Below, in pieces: positions 1-9,880 of a stretch of 64,000 nt of DNA. The notes beneath the pieces are model-generated. The model searched no databases and was not told the DNA's origin. It saw nothing but the letters and a program-made list of their open reading frames with translations. Both the position numbers and the translations under genes were made by a program. Source of the stretch: an uncultured Planctomycetaceae bacterium (lineage in GTDB: Bacteria > Planctomycetota > Planctomycetia > Isosphaerales > Isosphaeraceae); the NCBI GenBank assembly GCA_963833985.1, contig CAWIAD010000001.1:2144001-2208000 (forward strand), given 5' to 3'. Positions within the stretch are counted from its first letter, which is position 1. Every line of letters begins with the position of its first letter.

Positions 1-3000
1 GGCGAGGGCCGTCATCGTCAGCAGCCCGAGGGCCAGCGGCTGTGGCGCGACCGTCAGGGTGACCGTGGCCGAGCTGCCGACGGCAAGGGGTCCCAGGTCC
101 GCGGAAAGCCATCCCGAGGCGACCACCGGAGGGGCCGGCTGGGTGGACGTTTCCGCGAGGACACTTACGTCAGCTGGTAGAGGAACCGCCACGCTCGCGT
201 CCGGGTCATCGGTCGGTCCCGTGTTCACAACGGTCATCGTGTAGCGGACGGGCTGACCAACCGGCACCGACGGCAGGCTGGGGGTCATGGTCACGACGAG
301 GTTGCTGACGACTCTCACGGGCACGGTGATCGATGCCGTGTTGTTCGCCGGGTTCGCGTCCAGCTCCGCGGAAGCTGCCGAGGCTGTATTGACCAGCAGC
401 GCGCCCGGCGGCACGGTCGGTTGTACGGTGATGAATACGGTGGCCGAGGAGCCGACGGCGAGAGCGCCGATGGCCGCAGTCACGCTCCCCGCGGAGAACA
501 CGGGGGTCGCGTTCGCGGTCGACGTCGCCGAGACGAAGGTGACACCGCCGGGCAAGGTATCGGTCAGGCTTACGGCCGAAGCGTCGTCAGGTCCCGAGTT
601 GCTGACCTGTACCGCGTAGACCAGGTTCTGTCCCTCGGCCACCGGCCCGGGGTTGGCCGTCATGCTCACTGCCAGGTCGACGACCGGCTCGATGGTCAAC
701 GAGGCAGTTGCCGAGTTGTCGCTGGCAGTCGGGTCGGCCTGGTCGCTAGCGATGCTGGCCGTGGCCGCATAGGTTCCAACCTGGCCGGCCTGGACGACCA
801 CGCTGATCGTGGCCTGGCTACCCGAAGCCAGGGTACCCAGAGCGGCGGAAAGCACGCCTCCCGACCAGTTCGCCTGGCCCTGACTCGGCGTTGCCGCCAC
901 GAAGGAAAGGGCAGGCCCCAGCGGCAGCGAGAGCTCGACGTTCGTGGCCGTGGAAGGCCCCTGGTTCGTCGCGACCAGAGTGTAGGTGAAGCGATCGCCA
1001 ACGTGCGCCGTGCTCGCCGCCGGTGTCATCTGCAAGGCAAGGTCGGCCACCGTGGCAACCTTGGTGGTCAGAGTGGCCGAGTCGTTGCCGGGCGTGGGAT
1101 CAATCTCGGCGAGGGTCACCGACGCGGTATCAGTGACGGTTGAGCCAGCGGCAGCCATCACCGTTCCGGTGACGGTCACGGTGGCAACGCCACCCGCCTT
1201 GATCGTGCCCATCCTGGCGATGACCATCTGCGCCATCAGCGTGGGGGCCTGGCCCTGGCTGGAGACTTCCGAGGACGCGGAGAACAGGTAAGGCAGCTCA
1301 TCGTTCAGGACCACCTGGTGGGCATCGAGATTGCCCACATTCGAGACGGTCACGGTGTAGGTCAGCGGCCCGCTGGCGGCTGCCGGCGTCGGATTCGGAG
1401 TGATCGCGACGGTCAGGTCCGTAACACCCAGCACGGTGGCATCCGGGGAGAACTCCGACGTGTTCCCCCCGCTGTCGGTGGCCGTGGCCGAGATCGCTGC
1501 GCCGGCCGGCGGGGCAGTCGGCAGCGTGAGACTGATCGCGGCGTTGCCGCTGGAGTCAGTGGTCACGGAGGTGGTCCGCATCAGGTTCTGACCCTCCCCG
1601 TAACCGGAAGGATCAGCGCTCGGGCTCCAGAAGACTTGCAGCGTGTAGGTGCTCGTCGGCATCCCCAGCAGGTTACCGTGGACGGTGGTCGTCTTGCCGT
1701 CGGTCTGCGCCCCGTTGAAGACCGGAAAGTTCTGGAAATTATTCGGGCCCGGCGTTCCCGGCTGGTGACTGGGAGTCGGTCCGCTGCCCAGGTTGATGCC
1801 GAGACCGGCATTGTCGTGGATGGAATTGGAGAGGATGGTGTCCTGGTTCACCAGGCCGACGAGCTGAATTCCCGCCCCGACATTCCCGATGCCGTTGTTG
1901 GCGATCACGTTGCCCGCACCGCTACCGGTCCCGCCGATCATGTTGCTGCTGCTGCCCAGGCTGAAGCCATTGACCCGGTTGCCTAGCGCCATCGTCCCCG
2001 AGCGGTCGGTACCGACCTCGTTGCCCTGGAACAGGTTGCCGGTCGCGGAGTTGACCGTTTCCACCCCGTTGCCCTGGTTGCCCGAGAAGACGTTGCCGTC
2101 GGCCGCTCCTGTCCCGCCGATGGTATTCGCGGTCGACCCGTCGAGCAGGATGCCGTCACCGCGATTCCCCAGGACATGGAGACCATCGGACGTGGTGCCC
2201 ACCAGGTTGCCGGCCACCAGGTTCCCCGTGGCGCCGGCCGCCAGTACGATGCCGTTCTGCTGGTTTCCTGAGATCACATTGCCGATGGCGGGCGCCGTCG
2301 CCCCGACGAGGTTGTTGCTGACCCCTTCCAGCAGGATGCCGTCTCCCTGGTTGCCCAGGGCAGCGGTGCCGTCGCCCGTGGTGCCCACGAGGTTGCCCAG
2401 GATCAGGTTCGCTGTGGCATCCACCGTGGAGCGGTCGAGCTCGATGCCCGCTTCCAGGTTGCCCGATATCACGTTCGCCGCGCCGGTGGCCGTTCCGCCA
2501 ATCGTATTGAACGATGAACCGATGATCTGGATGCCCGTGCCGTTATGCCGCGCGACCGTTCCACTGGCGTCGGTGCCGACCCGGTCCCCCTGGATCAGGT
2601 TGCCACTCCCGCCGTCCAGAACGATGCCGGCTCCCGTGAACCCAGAGATGGCCAATCCCTGGATGGTGCTCTGACCCGCGGCGAGGACCAGGCCGTTGCC
2701 CTCCGCGCCGGCAGCGGCGCCGTTGATCTCGATCAGCGGCTGACCCGCAAAGCCCGGCTGGCTCGTGCCATCCAGAAGCACCGGAACCGTGATCCGCGGA
2801 AGCGGACTCTGGAGCGCGATTTGCTGCACTCCCGTGCCAGGGATGTCAAACTGGATCACCCCGGGGCTGGAACTCTCGTTCAGCTGGAGGATCGCCCAGC
2901 GCAAGGTGCCGGCGCTGCCGTCATCGGCCGTGCTCTGCACGACGAACCCGGTCAATAAAAGGCGCTCTTCCATGAGCTCCACCCGGGGCCCATGGCACCT

Positions 3001-3048
3001 GCGGCGCGGCCGCATCGCTCGGCGCTTGGATTCGTTACTACAGCTCAT
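1..3048 (-). CDS. Large planctomycete surface/secreted protein (LEPRxLL-type N-terminus, parallel beta-helix repeats, DUF11 repeats); 3' end beyond window
   Basis: Not in the ORF track because it runs off the edge. Manual translation from ATG 3048 gives MSCSNESKRRAMRPRRRCHGPRVELMEERLLLTGFVVQSTADDGSAGTLRWAI. Repeats of GNLVGTTGDGTAALGNQGDGILL type and DUF11-like segments (LTYTVTVSNVG, YTLVATNQGPSTATNV) follow. The same frame reads sensibly at position 1-60. Confidence 0.85.
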   Translation of the reverse strand, partial: MSCSNESKRRAMRPRRRCHGPRVELMEERLLLTGFVVQSTADDGSAGTLRWAILQLNESSSPGVIQFDIPGTGVQQIALQSPLPRITVPVLLDGTSQPGFAGQPLIEINGAAAGAEGNGLVLAAGQSTIQGLAISGFTGAGIVLDGGSGNLIQGDRVGTDASGTVARHNGTGIQIIGSSFNTIGGTATGAANVISGNLEAGIELDRSTVDATANLILGNLVGTTGDGTAALGNQGDGILLEGVSNNLVGATAPAIGNVISGNQQNGIVLAAGATGNLVAGNLVGTTSDGLHVLGNRGDGILLDGSTANTIGGTGAADGNVFSGNQGNGVETVNSATGNLFQGNEVGTDRSGTMALGNRVNGFSLGSSSNMIGGTGSGAGNVIANNGIGNVGAGIQLVGLVNQDTILSNSIHDNAGLGINLGSGPTPSHQPGTPGPNNFQNFPVFNGAQTDGKTTTVHGNLLGMPTSTYTLQVFWSPSADPSGYGEGQNLMRTTSVTTDSSGNAAISLTLPTAPPAGAAISATATDSGGNTSEFSPDATVLGVTDLTVAITPNPTPAAASGPLTYTVTVSNVGNLDAHQVVLNDELPYLFSASSEVSSQGQAPTLMAQMVIARMGTIKAGGVATVTVTGTVMAAAGSTVTDTASVTLAEIDPTPGNDSATLTTKVATVADLALQMTPAASTAHVGDRFTYTLVATNQGPSTATNVELSLPLGPALSFVAATPSQGQANWSGGVLSAALGTLASGSQATISVVVQAGQVGTYAATASIASDQADPTASDNSATASLTIEPVVDLAVSMTANPGPVAEGQNLVYAVQVSNSGPDDASAVSLTDTLPGGVTFVSATSTANATPVFSAGSVTAAIGALAVGSSATVFITVQPTVPPGALLVNTASAASAELDANPANNTASITVPVRVVSNLVVTMTPSLPSVPVGQPVRYTMTVVNTGPTDDPDASVAVPLPADVSVLAETSTQPAPPVVASGWLSADLGPLAVGSSATVTLTVAPQPLALGLLTMTALA

Positions 3049-3279
3049 GGGAGAGATTCAAGAGGAGGCAACAGAGCTAGGCACTGAGGATGGCGAGTCG
3101 TCGCAGTCAACGACTCAAGCACTCATGGTGCCGGGGACGTGTCGAGTCACGCTACTCCCCATCCTCGGATCAGATCAATAATACAAGCGAGGGAAGAAGC
3201 AGGTCGAGCGAAATCTTTCGTGCGCGCGTGGGAACTCGAGGATCCCCGGCGTGCCGTGGCGTATCCGCCGCACGAGCAT

Positions 3280-4449
3280 TCAGACGGGCAAGGCGGAACT
3301 CGGGGCCGCGACAGGCAAATGATACAGCATGAGGTAGATCACAACGCCCGTCACTGAGACATAAATCCAGATGGGAAAGGTTGTAGCGGCGATACTGCGG
3401 TGGCCGGCACGGTCGCGGCGAATGGCCCGCAGAAGTGTCAGCAGGACGAGAGGCACGACGCCGAACGTGGCGAGCAGCGTGTGTGACAGGAGCACCGTGA
3501 AATAAAGCCAGCGCATCGGCCCCTGACCCAGGAAAGGGACGCTGCCTGCGTGGTAGTGATACACCAGGTAGAAAGCCAGGAAGAGCGTGGAGGTGAGCAC
3601 GGCAAGGATCATGCACAGGCGGTGAGCACGGATGCGCGGAGTATCGGGCCAGGAGGTTCCTATCGCCGGCTGGCGATCAAGGCGAGCGCTCTCGCTTCGA
3701 GCCGTGCCGAGGCCGTCGCGGCCCCGGATCAGCCTCCAGCCGACCAGAAGCAGAAGGGCGCAGGTGGCGTTCAGGCTGGCATTGACGGCAGGTAGTGCCC
3801 GGACCCAGGAAGGCAACGACCGTCGCCTGGCCTGAGCCACGAGCGTGCCGATTGCCGCGGGTTCGTTGGAATCGAAAAGGCCGATGACCCGGCCGCGATC
3901 CACCAGCGCGAGCCGATCGCTGTGGGCAATGAGCTCGGATCTTCCCTCCGGATCGGGGGCCGGGTTTTCCATCACGCTGAGCTTGAACCTGCTCTCGATC
4001 AGGTCGTAGATGAGCGCACGTGAGCCCGTGAGAAACCACCACCGTGCGGGGTCCGCGTCGAAGCGGCCGGCATAGTCGGCCAGCACCGTTGGAGTATCGT
4101 GTTCAGGGTCGACCGAAAGGCTGACGAGGAGGACGCCGGAGCCGGCCAACCGCGGCTGCAAGCTCTTCATCACGGAGGTGATCCGCGGACACGAGAGCTG
4201 GCAGCGCGTGAAGATGAACGAGACGATGCACACCCGGTCCGCCAGGTCGGCCTGCGTGATCGTCCGGCCCGATCGCTCGACGAGCTGAAAGTCTCCCAGT
4301 GCCTCCGCCCGCTCGCCCAGGTCCTGTGCGGCGCGGGGCGGAGAGAGCGCTGGCCGCGACCCGGCCAGCAGCAAGACCGTCACGGCCGAGGCCAGCACGG
4401 TCACCAGGACGATCTGCACCCCGCGAAGGTATGAGCGGCGAACACTCAT
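3280..4449 (-). CDS. SCO1/SenC copper chaperone fused to DUF420 membrane domain
   Basis: FTRCQLSCP (CxxxC) and IAHSDR His; C-terminal LPAVNASLNA...HRLCM...YLVYH...LLSHTLLA...PIWIYVSVTGVVIY is typical of DUF420; last gene of the cox operon. Confidence 0.9.
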   Translation of the reverse strand: MSVRRSYLRGVQIVLVTVLASAVTVLLLAGSRPALSPPRAAQDLGERAEALGDFQLVERSGRTITQADLADRVCIVSFIFTRCQLSCPRITSVMKSLQPRLAGSGVLLVSLSVDPEHDTPTVLADYAGRFDADPARWWFLTGSRALIYDLIESRFKLSVMENPAPDPEGRSELIAHSDRLALVDRGRVIGLFDSNEPAAIGTLVAQARRRSLPSWVRALPAVNASLNATCALLLLVGWRLIRGRDGLGTARSESARLDRQPAIGTSWPDTPRIRAHRLCMILAVLTSTLFLAFYLVYHYHAGSVPFLGQGPMRWLYFTVLLSHTLLATFGVVPLVLLTLLRAIRRDRAGHRSIAATTFPIWIYVSVTGVVIYLMLYHLPVAAPSSALPV

Positions 4450-4910
4450 GAAGAGAGGCCGAAGCGATCAGAACCGGAAGGGACGGAAGGACGGCGTGGT
4501 AACAGGGCACACACGCTCGGGGCCGTTGCGTCCTCGAGAGCCGGGCGCGGGGAAACCCACGTCTCATCCTCGTCTGCGTTTTCCTCGTCGACCGGCTTCA
4601 TGGCCATGTCCGGGCAGAGGGCCAGTGTCAGGAAGACGGCCATCACGCAGGCCGGGATGATGAGAATGTAAACCCACTTCTTCTCGAACTTCAGGTGCAT
4701 GAAGAACCAGCCGACCATGGCGGCCTTCACCAGGGCCAGGGAGACCAGGCCAATCACGAGGACCCCGAAGTAGCTCTTGAAGAGGAACGCATAGAAGTAT
4801 TCCACGGCGGTCAGGACCGCCAGCAGGAACCATACTTTCATGTAGGGAGCGTGCGACTCGACGGCAAGCTCTTCCGCCATGTCGGGAGTCACGGAGTGTG
4901 CCTCGGCCAT
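4446..4910 (-). CDS. ctaF: Cytochrome c oxidase subunit IV family protein
   Basis: LAVLTAVE...LALVKAAMVGWFFMHLKFE motif, 3 TM segments, operon context. Confidence 0.85.
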   Translation of the reverse strand: MAEAHSVTPDMAEELAVESHAPYMKVWFLLAVLTAVEYFYAFLFKSYFGVLVIGLVSLALVKAAMVGWFFMHLKFEKKWVYILIIPACVMAVFLTLALCPDMAMKPVDEENADEDETWVSPRPALEDATAPSVCALLPRRPSVPSGSDRFGLSS

Positions 4911-4965
4911 AGATCACGTCCTCTCAGGAACAGGCAGGGCGCGGAGCGAATCCGGTCGCCGGCGG

Positions 4966-5916
4966 TCAGATCAGGTAAACGATGGTGAACAGGATGATCC
5001 ACACGAGGTCGACGAAGTGCCAGTACAGGCCGGCGAACTCGATGGGGTTGTAGTGGGTCTGCGTGTAGACTCCGCGCAGCGACTGGATGAAGATGAGGAT
5101 GAGCGTGATCACGCCGCCGGTGACGTGCAGACCGTGAAACCCCGTCATGGTGAAGAAGCAGGACGCGAACAGGCTGACATCCGGCCGGAAGTGCCCGGTG
5201 GCGCTGATGCCGGGCGGGTAGCTCCTGCCGAACATCAGCTCGTAGTACTCGATCACCTGGATGCTCAGAAAGACGCTGCCGATGAGGATGGTTGCGCCCA
5301 GGAACACCAGGCTGCGCTTCCGCTTACCCTGCTGGATGGCCGAGAGCGAGAGCACCATGGTGACCGAGGAGCAGATCAGGACGAAGGTATTGAACGCCGT
5401 CAGGTCGATGCTCAACGGGTTGGTGAGCTTGTCGTAAGGTTTGGGCCAGTTGTGCGTCACCAGTTGTTCCACGTGGGCGTCGACGCCGGTCGCCTGTAGC
5501 TTGCCGGCGAGCTCCTCAGCCTTCGCCTGAGTCAGCCGGTTGACCACCGTCACCTCGTGCGCTTCCTCAACTATCTTGCGGGCGGCATCGGCGGTCACGG
5601 CCGGAGCCGCGGCACGGATTGCTTCCTCGGCCTGCTCCGGGCTCGAGCCGGACGATGCCAGGACCACCCCGTATGTGTCGGCCAGTTCGTGCAGGTTGGT
5701 GGTCGGCTCGTAGAGGTTCGAGTAGTACGTGGAGGGACTCCCCGAACGGAGCACGATGTATGAGCCGATCAGCCCGGTGAAGAACATGACTTCCGTGGCA
5801 AGGAAGAGCCACATGGCGACCTTGCCGGGAGTGACCGGGGCGTGATGGTCGTGGGACGGCGATCCGCCGTGAGTCGCAGGGGCGGCAGCGGTGGGAGAAG
5901 CGGTGGCGTCGGCCAT
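4966..5916 (-). CDS. ctaE: Cytochrome c oxidase subunit III, with large loop insertion
   Basis: KVAMWLFLATEVMFF, NTFVLICSSVTM, MTGFHGLHV, LYWHFVDLVWI; start taken at ATG 5916. Confidence 0.93.
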   Translation of the reverse strand: MADATASPTAAAPATHGGSPSHDHHAPVTPGKVAMWLFLATEVMFFTGLIGSYIVLRSGSPSTYYSNLYEPTTNLHELADTYGVVLASSGSSPEQAEEAIRAAAPAVTADAARKIVEEAHEVTVVNRLTQAKAEELAGKLQATGVDAHVEQLVTHNWPKPYDKLTNPLSIDLTAFNTFVLICSSVTMVLSLSAIQQGKRKRSLVFLGATILIGSVFLSIQVIEYYELMFGRSYPPGISATGHFRPDVSLFASCFFTMTGFHGLHVTGGVITLILIFIQSLRGVYTQTHYNPIEFAGLYWHFVDLVWIILFTIVYLI

Positions 5917-5979
5917 CGTGTTGGGATCCCTCGAAATCAAGGCCAGCGGTGCGCGCCGGCCGGTCCGGGCAAGAATGCC

Positions 5980-6912
5980 TCAGGCCGGCAGCGGATTGAG
6001 TACCAGGAGAATCAGGACCAGAGGCAAGTACAGGAACGACATCCGCAGGAGCCGGCGTGCCGCTGTTTCGGAGACGTTCATCCAGAAGCCGACGGCCGCG
6101 GCAAGGTAAACCAGTCCCAGCACGAGTGATCCGGCGAAGTAGACCGCTCCCGCCATGCCCACGGTCGCCGGCAAGAGCCCGGCCGGCACAAGCGCCAGGG
6201 CGTACAGAGAAGCTTGCCGGCTGGTGAGTATCCCCGCGGGATCAACCCGTGGCAGCATCTTCAGGCCGCCCCGGGCATAGTCTTCCCGGTAGATCCAGGC
6301 AATCGCCAGAAAGTGAGGGAATTGCCAGAGGAACACGATCAGGAACAGAGCGAACGCCTCGATGCCCAGGGTGCCCGTGGCGGCCGCCCAGCCGATCACC
6401 GGCGGGAGGGCCCCCGGAACGGCGCCGATGGCCGTATTCAGGGTGGTCCACGGCTTGAGCGGCGTGTACACGAACACGTAGAGCAGAAGCGTCGCCATGG
6501 CGACCGCGGCCGCGAGCCAGTGGCAGGCCGCGAGCAAAAGCGCCGAGCCGGCCAGTCCGAGACCGGTGCCAAAGAGGGCCGCCTCGCCGGCGCCCAGGCG
6601 GCCGCGCGGCAGAACCCGGTTGGCGGTCCGGCGCATCCGCGCGTCACGCGCCCGCTCCATCCACTGGTTCAGCGCACTGGCGCCTCCGGCCACCAGCCCC
6701 GTGCCCAGCAGGGTCAAGGCCAGCTTTGCGGGATGCGAACTGCCTCGAGCCCCCAGCACGAAGCCCACGCCCACCGTCACCAGCACCATCACCACGATGC
6801 GCGGCTTCGTGAGCGAGACGTAGGCGGACAACCGGTTCGCGGCCGCGTTCAGCAAGGCGTCCGTGGAGGACGCAACCAGGACAGGTTTCGCAATCGTGAC
6901 CGCCGTTTTCAA
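5980..6912 (-). CDS. ctaB: Protoheme IX farnesyltransferase (heme O synthase)
   Basis: LTKPRI, LNQWMERARDARMRRTANR, YTPLK, LWQFPHF; TTG start at 6912 after GGAGG, overlapping the upstream TGA. Confidence 0.93.
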   Translation of the reverse strand: MKTAVTIAKPVLVASSTDALLNAAANRLSAYVSLTKPRIVVMVLVTVGVGFVLGARGSSHPAKLALTLLGTGLVAGGASALNQWMERARDARMRRTANRVLPRGRLGAGEAALFGTGLGLAGSALLLAACHWLAAAVAMATLLLYVFVYTPLKPWTTLNTAIGAVPGALPPVIGWAAATGTLGIEAFALFLIVFLWQFPHFLAIAWIYREDYARGGLKMLPRVDPAGILTSRQASLYALALVPAGLLPATVGMAGAVYFAGSLVLGLVYLAAAVGFWMNVSETAARRLLRMSFLYLPLVLILLVLNPLPA

Positions 6913-7913
6913 AGTGCGACCTCCAGACCACCGGGAACTGCCGGGCCGCCGGTGTGCAGGGAAAGAGCTTCTCCGGCGGCAAGGCGCTCGGCTGCCGTCA
7001 TGGACCGCAGATGCCGGCGGGCCCGCAGGGCCAGGACGACGCTCGCGGCCAGCAGCAAGGCGGCACTCGTCTGGTGGCCGGTGCGTACGACCGCCTCGTA
7101 GAACCCCGTCTGGCGGGGCATCCCATCCAGCGGCAGGATGTACACCAGTGCCGCAAGTCCGAGCGCCGCCTGGACCAGGACGGCGATCGCGAGCAGGCGA
7201 GACGGAATCAGCAAGGCCGGCACGTCGCGGCGATGCCGCTGGACCCGCCCCGCAAGCCAGAGCGCGTGGGTCAGTACGGCCGCGGCGCACACGGCGTGCA
7301 CGGCCACGGCCGCCGGGGTTGCGTAATGGCGAACCCAGGCACCCAGCATGATCTGGCCGTAAACCAGCCCGAGCATCACCAGCGAGCGCCGGCGGAACCG
7401 GTGGTGATCCGGCGCGGGGACCGCCGGACCGTGCCAGTCGCGGCCGGTCAGGACGCAAAGTGCGATCATCAAACCGAAGAACGCTTGCCCGGTGCAGCCG
7501 TGCACGGCGGCCAGCAGAGTGGAGACCTGCGTGACTCGCGTGCCTCCGAGGATTCCCTGCACGATCACCGCGGCCAGGGCACCCACCCCAAGCGCCTTCA
7601 TCCACCGCCGAGGCTCGTAGCACAAGAACCAGAGGGCCAGGCCCACGGTGGCCAGGCCCACGGCCGCTCCATAAAGCCGGTGCAGATGTTCGACCCGCAC
7701 GCCGAAGGGCGCATTCCAGAAATCGTACAGGAACATGTTGAAGCCGAACGTCGTGGGCCAGTCGGGTACGGCCAGGCCCACCCGGTACGTCGTCACCGAG
7801 CCGCCCACGAACAGCAAGGGAAGCGTGAAGACCGCGGCCAGAACCGCCAGCGCGTGCGGGCTCCAGCGGTAGCCGGACCGAGGTGCCTGGGATGAAAGGT
7901 CGGGTGCCGTCAT
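6909..7913 (-). CDS. ctaA: Heme A synthase (COX15/CtaA)
   Basis: GLAVPDWP, VEHLHRLYG, QGILGG, conserved His residues in TM helices; lies between coxA and ctaB. Confidence 0.88.
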   Translation of the reverse strand: MTAPDLSSQAPRSGYRWSPHALAVLAAVFTLPLLFVGGSVTTYRVGLAVPDWPTTFGFNMFLYDFWNAPFGVRVEHLHRLYGAAVGLATVGLALWFLCYEPRRWMKALGVGALAAVIVQGILGGTRVTQVSTLLAAVHGCTGQAFFGLMIALCVLTGRDWHGPAVPAPDHHRFRRRSLVMLGLVYGQIMLGAWVRHYATPAAVAVHAVCAAAVLTHALWLAGRVQRHRRDVPALLIPSRLLAIAVLVQAALGLAALVYILPLDGMPRQTGFYEAVVRTGHQTSAALLLAASVVLALRARRHLRSMTAAERLAAGEALSLHTGGPAVPGGLEVAL

Positions 7914-8017
7914 GGTGGCGATATCAGGTCCAGCTCGAGGGCAAGGAGGCGTTCAGCAAACCGTACAAGGCAAACCGCGGGCCGATCGCATGCGACCGGT
8001 CCGCGGATCGTGGCAGG

Positions 8018-9880
8018 TCACGCCATCACCGGATCGAGAACGATGCCCGCGGGCATCGGCTCGGTCTGGGGCAGATAATCGTCGGGGACGCCCGGTACGC
8101 TGTACTCGTAAGGGGCGTGGTACACAGTCGGAATCTTGGCGAAGTTGTAATGCGGGGGCGGCGACGAGATCGACCACTCCAGCGTGTTGGCGTGCCAGGG
8201 GTTGAGCGGCGCCTTGGGACCGATGAAGAGGCTGCTGATAAAGTTGTACGCGAAGATGAGCTGGGTGAGCCCCAGCCCGAACGCGCTGTAGGTCATGAAG
8301 GCGTTCATGCCCATGATGCCCGCGCCCTGAAGATACGGGTAGATTGTCGGATCGGCAATCCGCCGCGGGTGGCCGTGCATGCCGACGATGTGCATCAGGA
8401 AGAAGGTGCCGTTGAAGAAGATGAACGAGAGCAGGAAGTGGATGAGCCCCAGCCGCTCGTTCATCATCCGGCCGAACATCTTCGGGAACCAGTAGTAGAT
8501 CGCGGCGAAGATGCCGAAGGTGCTGCCGCCGAAGAGGACGTAGTGGATATGGCCCACGATGAAGTACGTGTCGTGAATATGCATGTCGACGGGCGTCGCG
8601 GCCATGAAGATGCCCGACAGGCCGCCGATGATGAACATGGCCACGAACGCCATGGCGTTGAGCATGGCCGCGGTGTACTGGATGCGCCCGCCCCACATGG
8701 TTCCCAGCCAGTTGAACACCTTGATGGCCGACGGTAGCGCGATCATCATCGTCGAGAGCATGAAGGTGGCACCCAGCGCGGGGTTCATGCCCGACTGGAA
8801 CATGTGGTGCCCCCAGACGATGAAGCCCAGGCCCGCGATACCGGCAATGGCCAGCACCATGGGCTTGTAGCCGAAGAGCGGCTTGCGGGAGAAGGTGGCG
8901 ATGATGTCCGAGACCATGCCCATCGCCGGCAAGATCATGACGTAAACGGCCGGGTGCGAGTAGAACCAGAAGAGATGCTGGAAGAGCAGGGGACCGCCGC
9001 CGCCGGTCACGGGGGGGGCGTTCGCCACCGTCCAGCCTATCGGGCTGAAGAAGTTGGTTCCGGCCAGCCGGTCAAGCGTCTGCATGATCAGCGCCGAGGT
9101 CAGTACGGGTAGGGCGAAGGCCTGGAGGATGGCGGTGATGAACATGGCCCACACCGTCATGGGCATGCGGAACATCTTCATGCCGGGCGCCCGCAGCATG
9201 ACGATGGTGGTGATGTAGTTGATCGACCCCATGAGCGACGAGATGCCGGCGAAGAGCAACGCCAGCAGCCAGAACGTCTGCCCGTTCAAGGACCCCGGCG
9301 TCGACCAGCGGGCAATCGAGAGGATCGGGTAACTGGTCCAGCCGGCCTCGGGCGCACCTCCCTCCACCAGAAAGGAATAGGTGATCATTACGAACGCCGG
9401 CCACATGAACCAGTACGAGAACATGTTCAGCCGCGGGAAGGCCATGTCGCGGGCGCCGATCATGAGCGGGATCAGGAAGTTGCCGAACGCACCCGTCAAG
9501 AGCGGGATGATCACGAAGAAAATCATGATCGTCGCGTGCATCGTGAACAGCTTGTTGTAGAACTCCGGAGGCATCTGGTAGCCCAGTGAGGGGCTTGACC
9601 AGAGCGCCTGGCTGAGAATCGGTATCGGCTTCCAGGGCCAGGCCAGCTGCCAGCGAATGGCCATCGCCAGCAGGCCGCCCAGGACGAAGAAGATCAGCCC
9701 GGAGAACAGGAACTGCAGACCGATGATTTTATGATCATGCGAAAAAACATACTTGAAGATGAAGTTCGAGGGAGCCGGATGAATGTGGTCGTCGCCGTGG
9801 CCGTGGTCGGATTCGTGACCGTGCGAGGCCGCCACGGCTCCGGAGCCATTGCCGATCGCTGCCGAGTTCATGCCTGTCAC
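8018..9880 (-). CDS. ctaD: Cytochrome c oxidase subunit I (A2 type)
   Basis: DHKIIG, TMHATIM, DMAFPRLN, FWFYSHPAVY, WGHHMF, GHIHY. Confidence 0.97.
   Translation of the reverse strand: MTGMNSAAIGNGSGAVAASHGHESDHGHGDDHIHPAPSNFIFKYVFSHDHKIIGLQFLFSGLIFFVLGGLLAMAIRWQLAWPWKPIPILSQALWSSPSLGYQMPPEFYNKLFTMHATIMIFFVIIPLLTGAFGNFLIPLMIGARDMAFPRLNMFSYWFMWPAFVMITYSFLVEGGAPEAGWTSYPILSIARWSTPGSLNGQTFWLLALLFAGISSLMGSINYITTIVMLRAPGMKMFRMPMTVWAMFITAILQAFALPVLTSALIMQTLDRLAGTNFFSPIGWTVANAPPVTGGGGPLLFQHLFWFYSHPAVYVMILPAMGMVSDIIATFSRKPLFGYKPMVLAIAGIAGLGFIVWGHHMFQSGMNPALGATFMLSTMMIALPSAIKVFNWLGTMWGGRIQYTAAMLNAMAFVAMFIIGGLSGIFMAATPVDMHIHDTYFIVGHIHYVLFGGSTFGIFAAIYYWFPKMFGRMMNERLGLIHFLLSFIFFNGTFFLMHIVGMHGHPRRIADPTIYPYLQGAGIMGMNAFMTYSAFGLGLTQLIFAYNFISSLFIGPKAPLNPWHANTLEWSISSPPPHYNFAKIPTVYHAPYEYSVPGVPDDYLPQTEPMPAGIVLDPVMA

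Noticed and set aside
5465..5480. TGTTCCACGTGGGCGT parS half-match inside coxIII
   Set aside because: The right half is degenerate and the sequence is explained by coding
5980..7623. 547-aa ORF suggesting a long N-terminal extension or a ctaA-ctaB fusion
   Set aside because: The upstream part overlaps ctaA in another frame; the real start is TTG 6912 with an RBS
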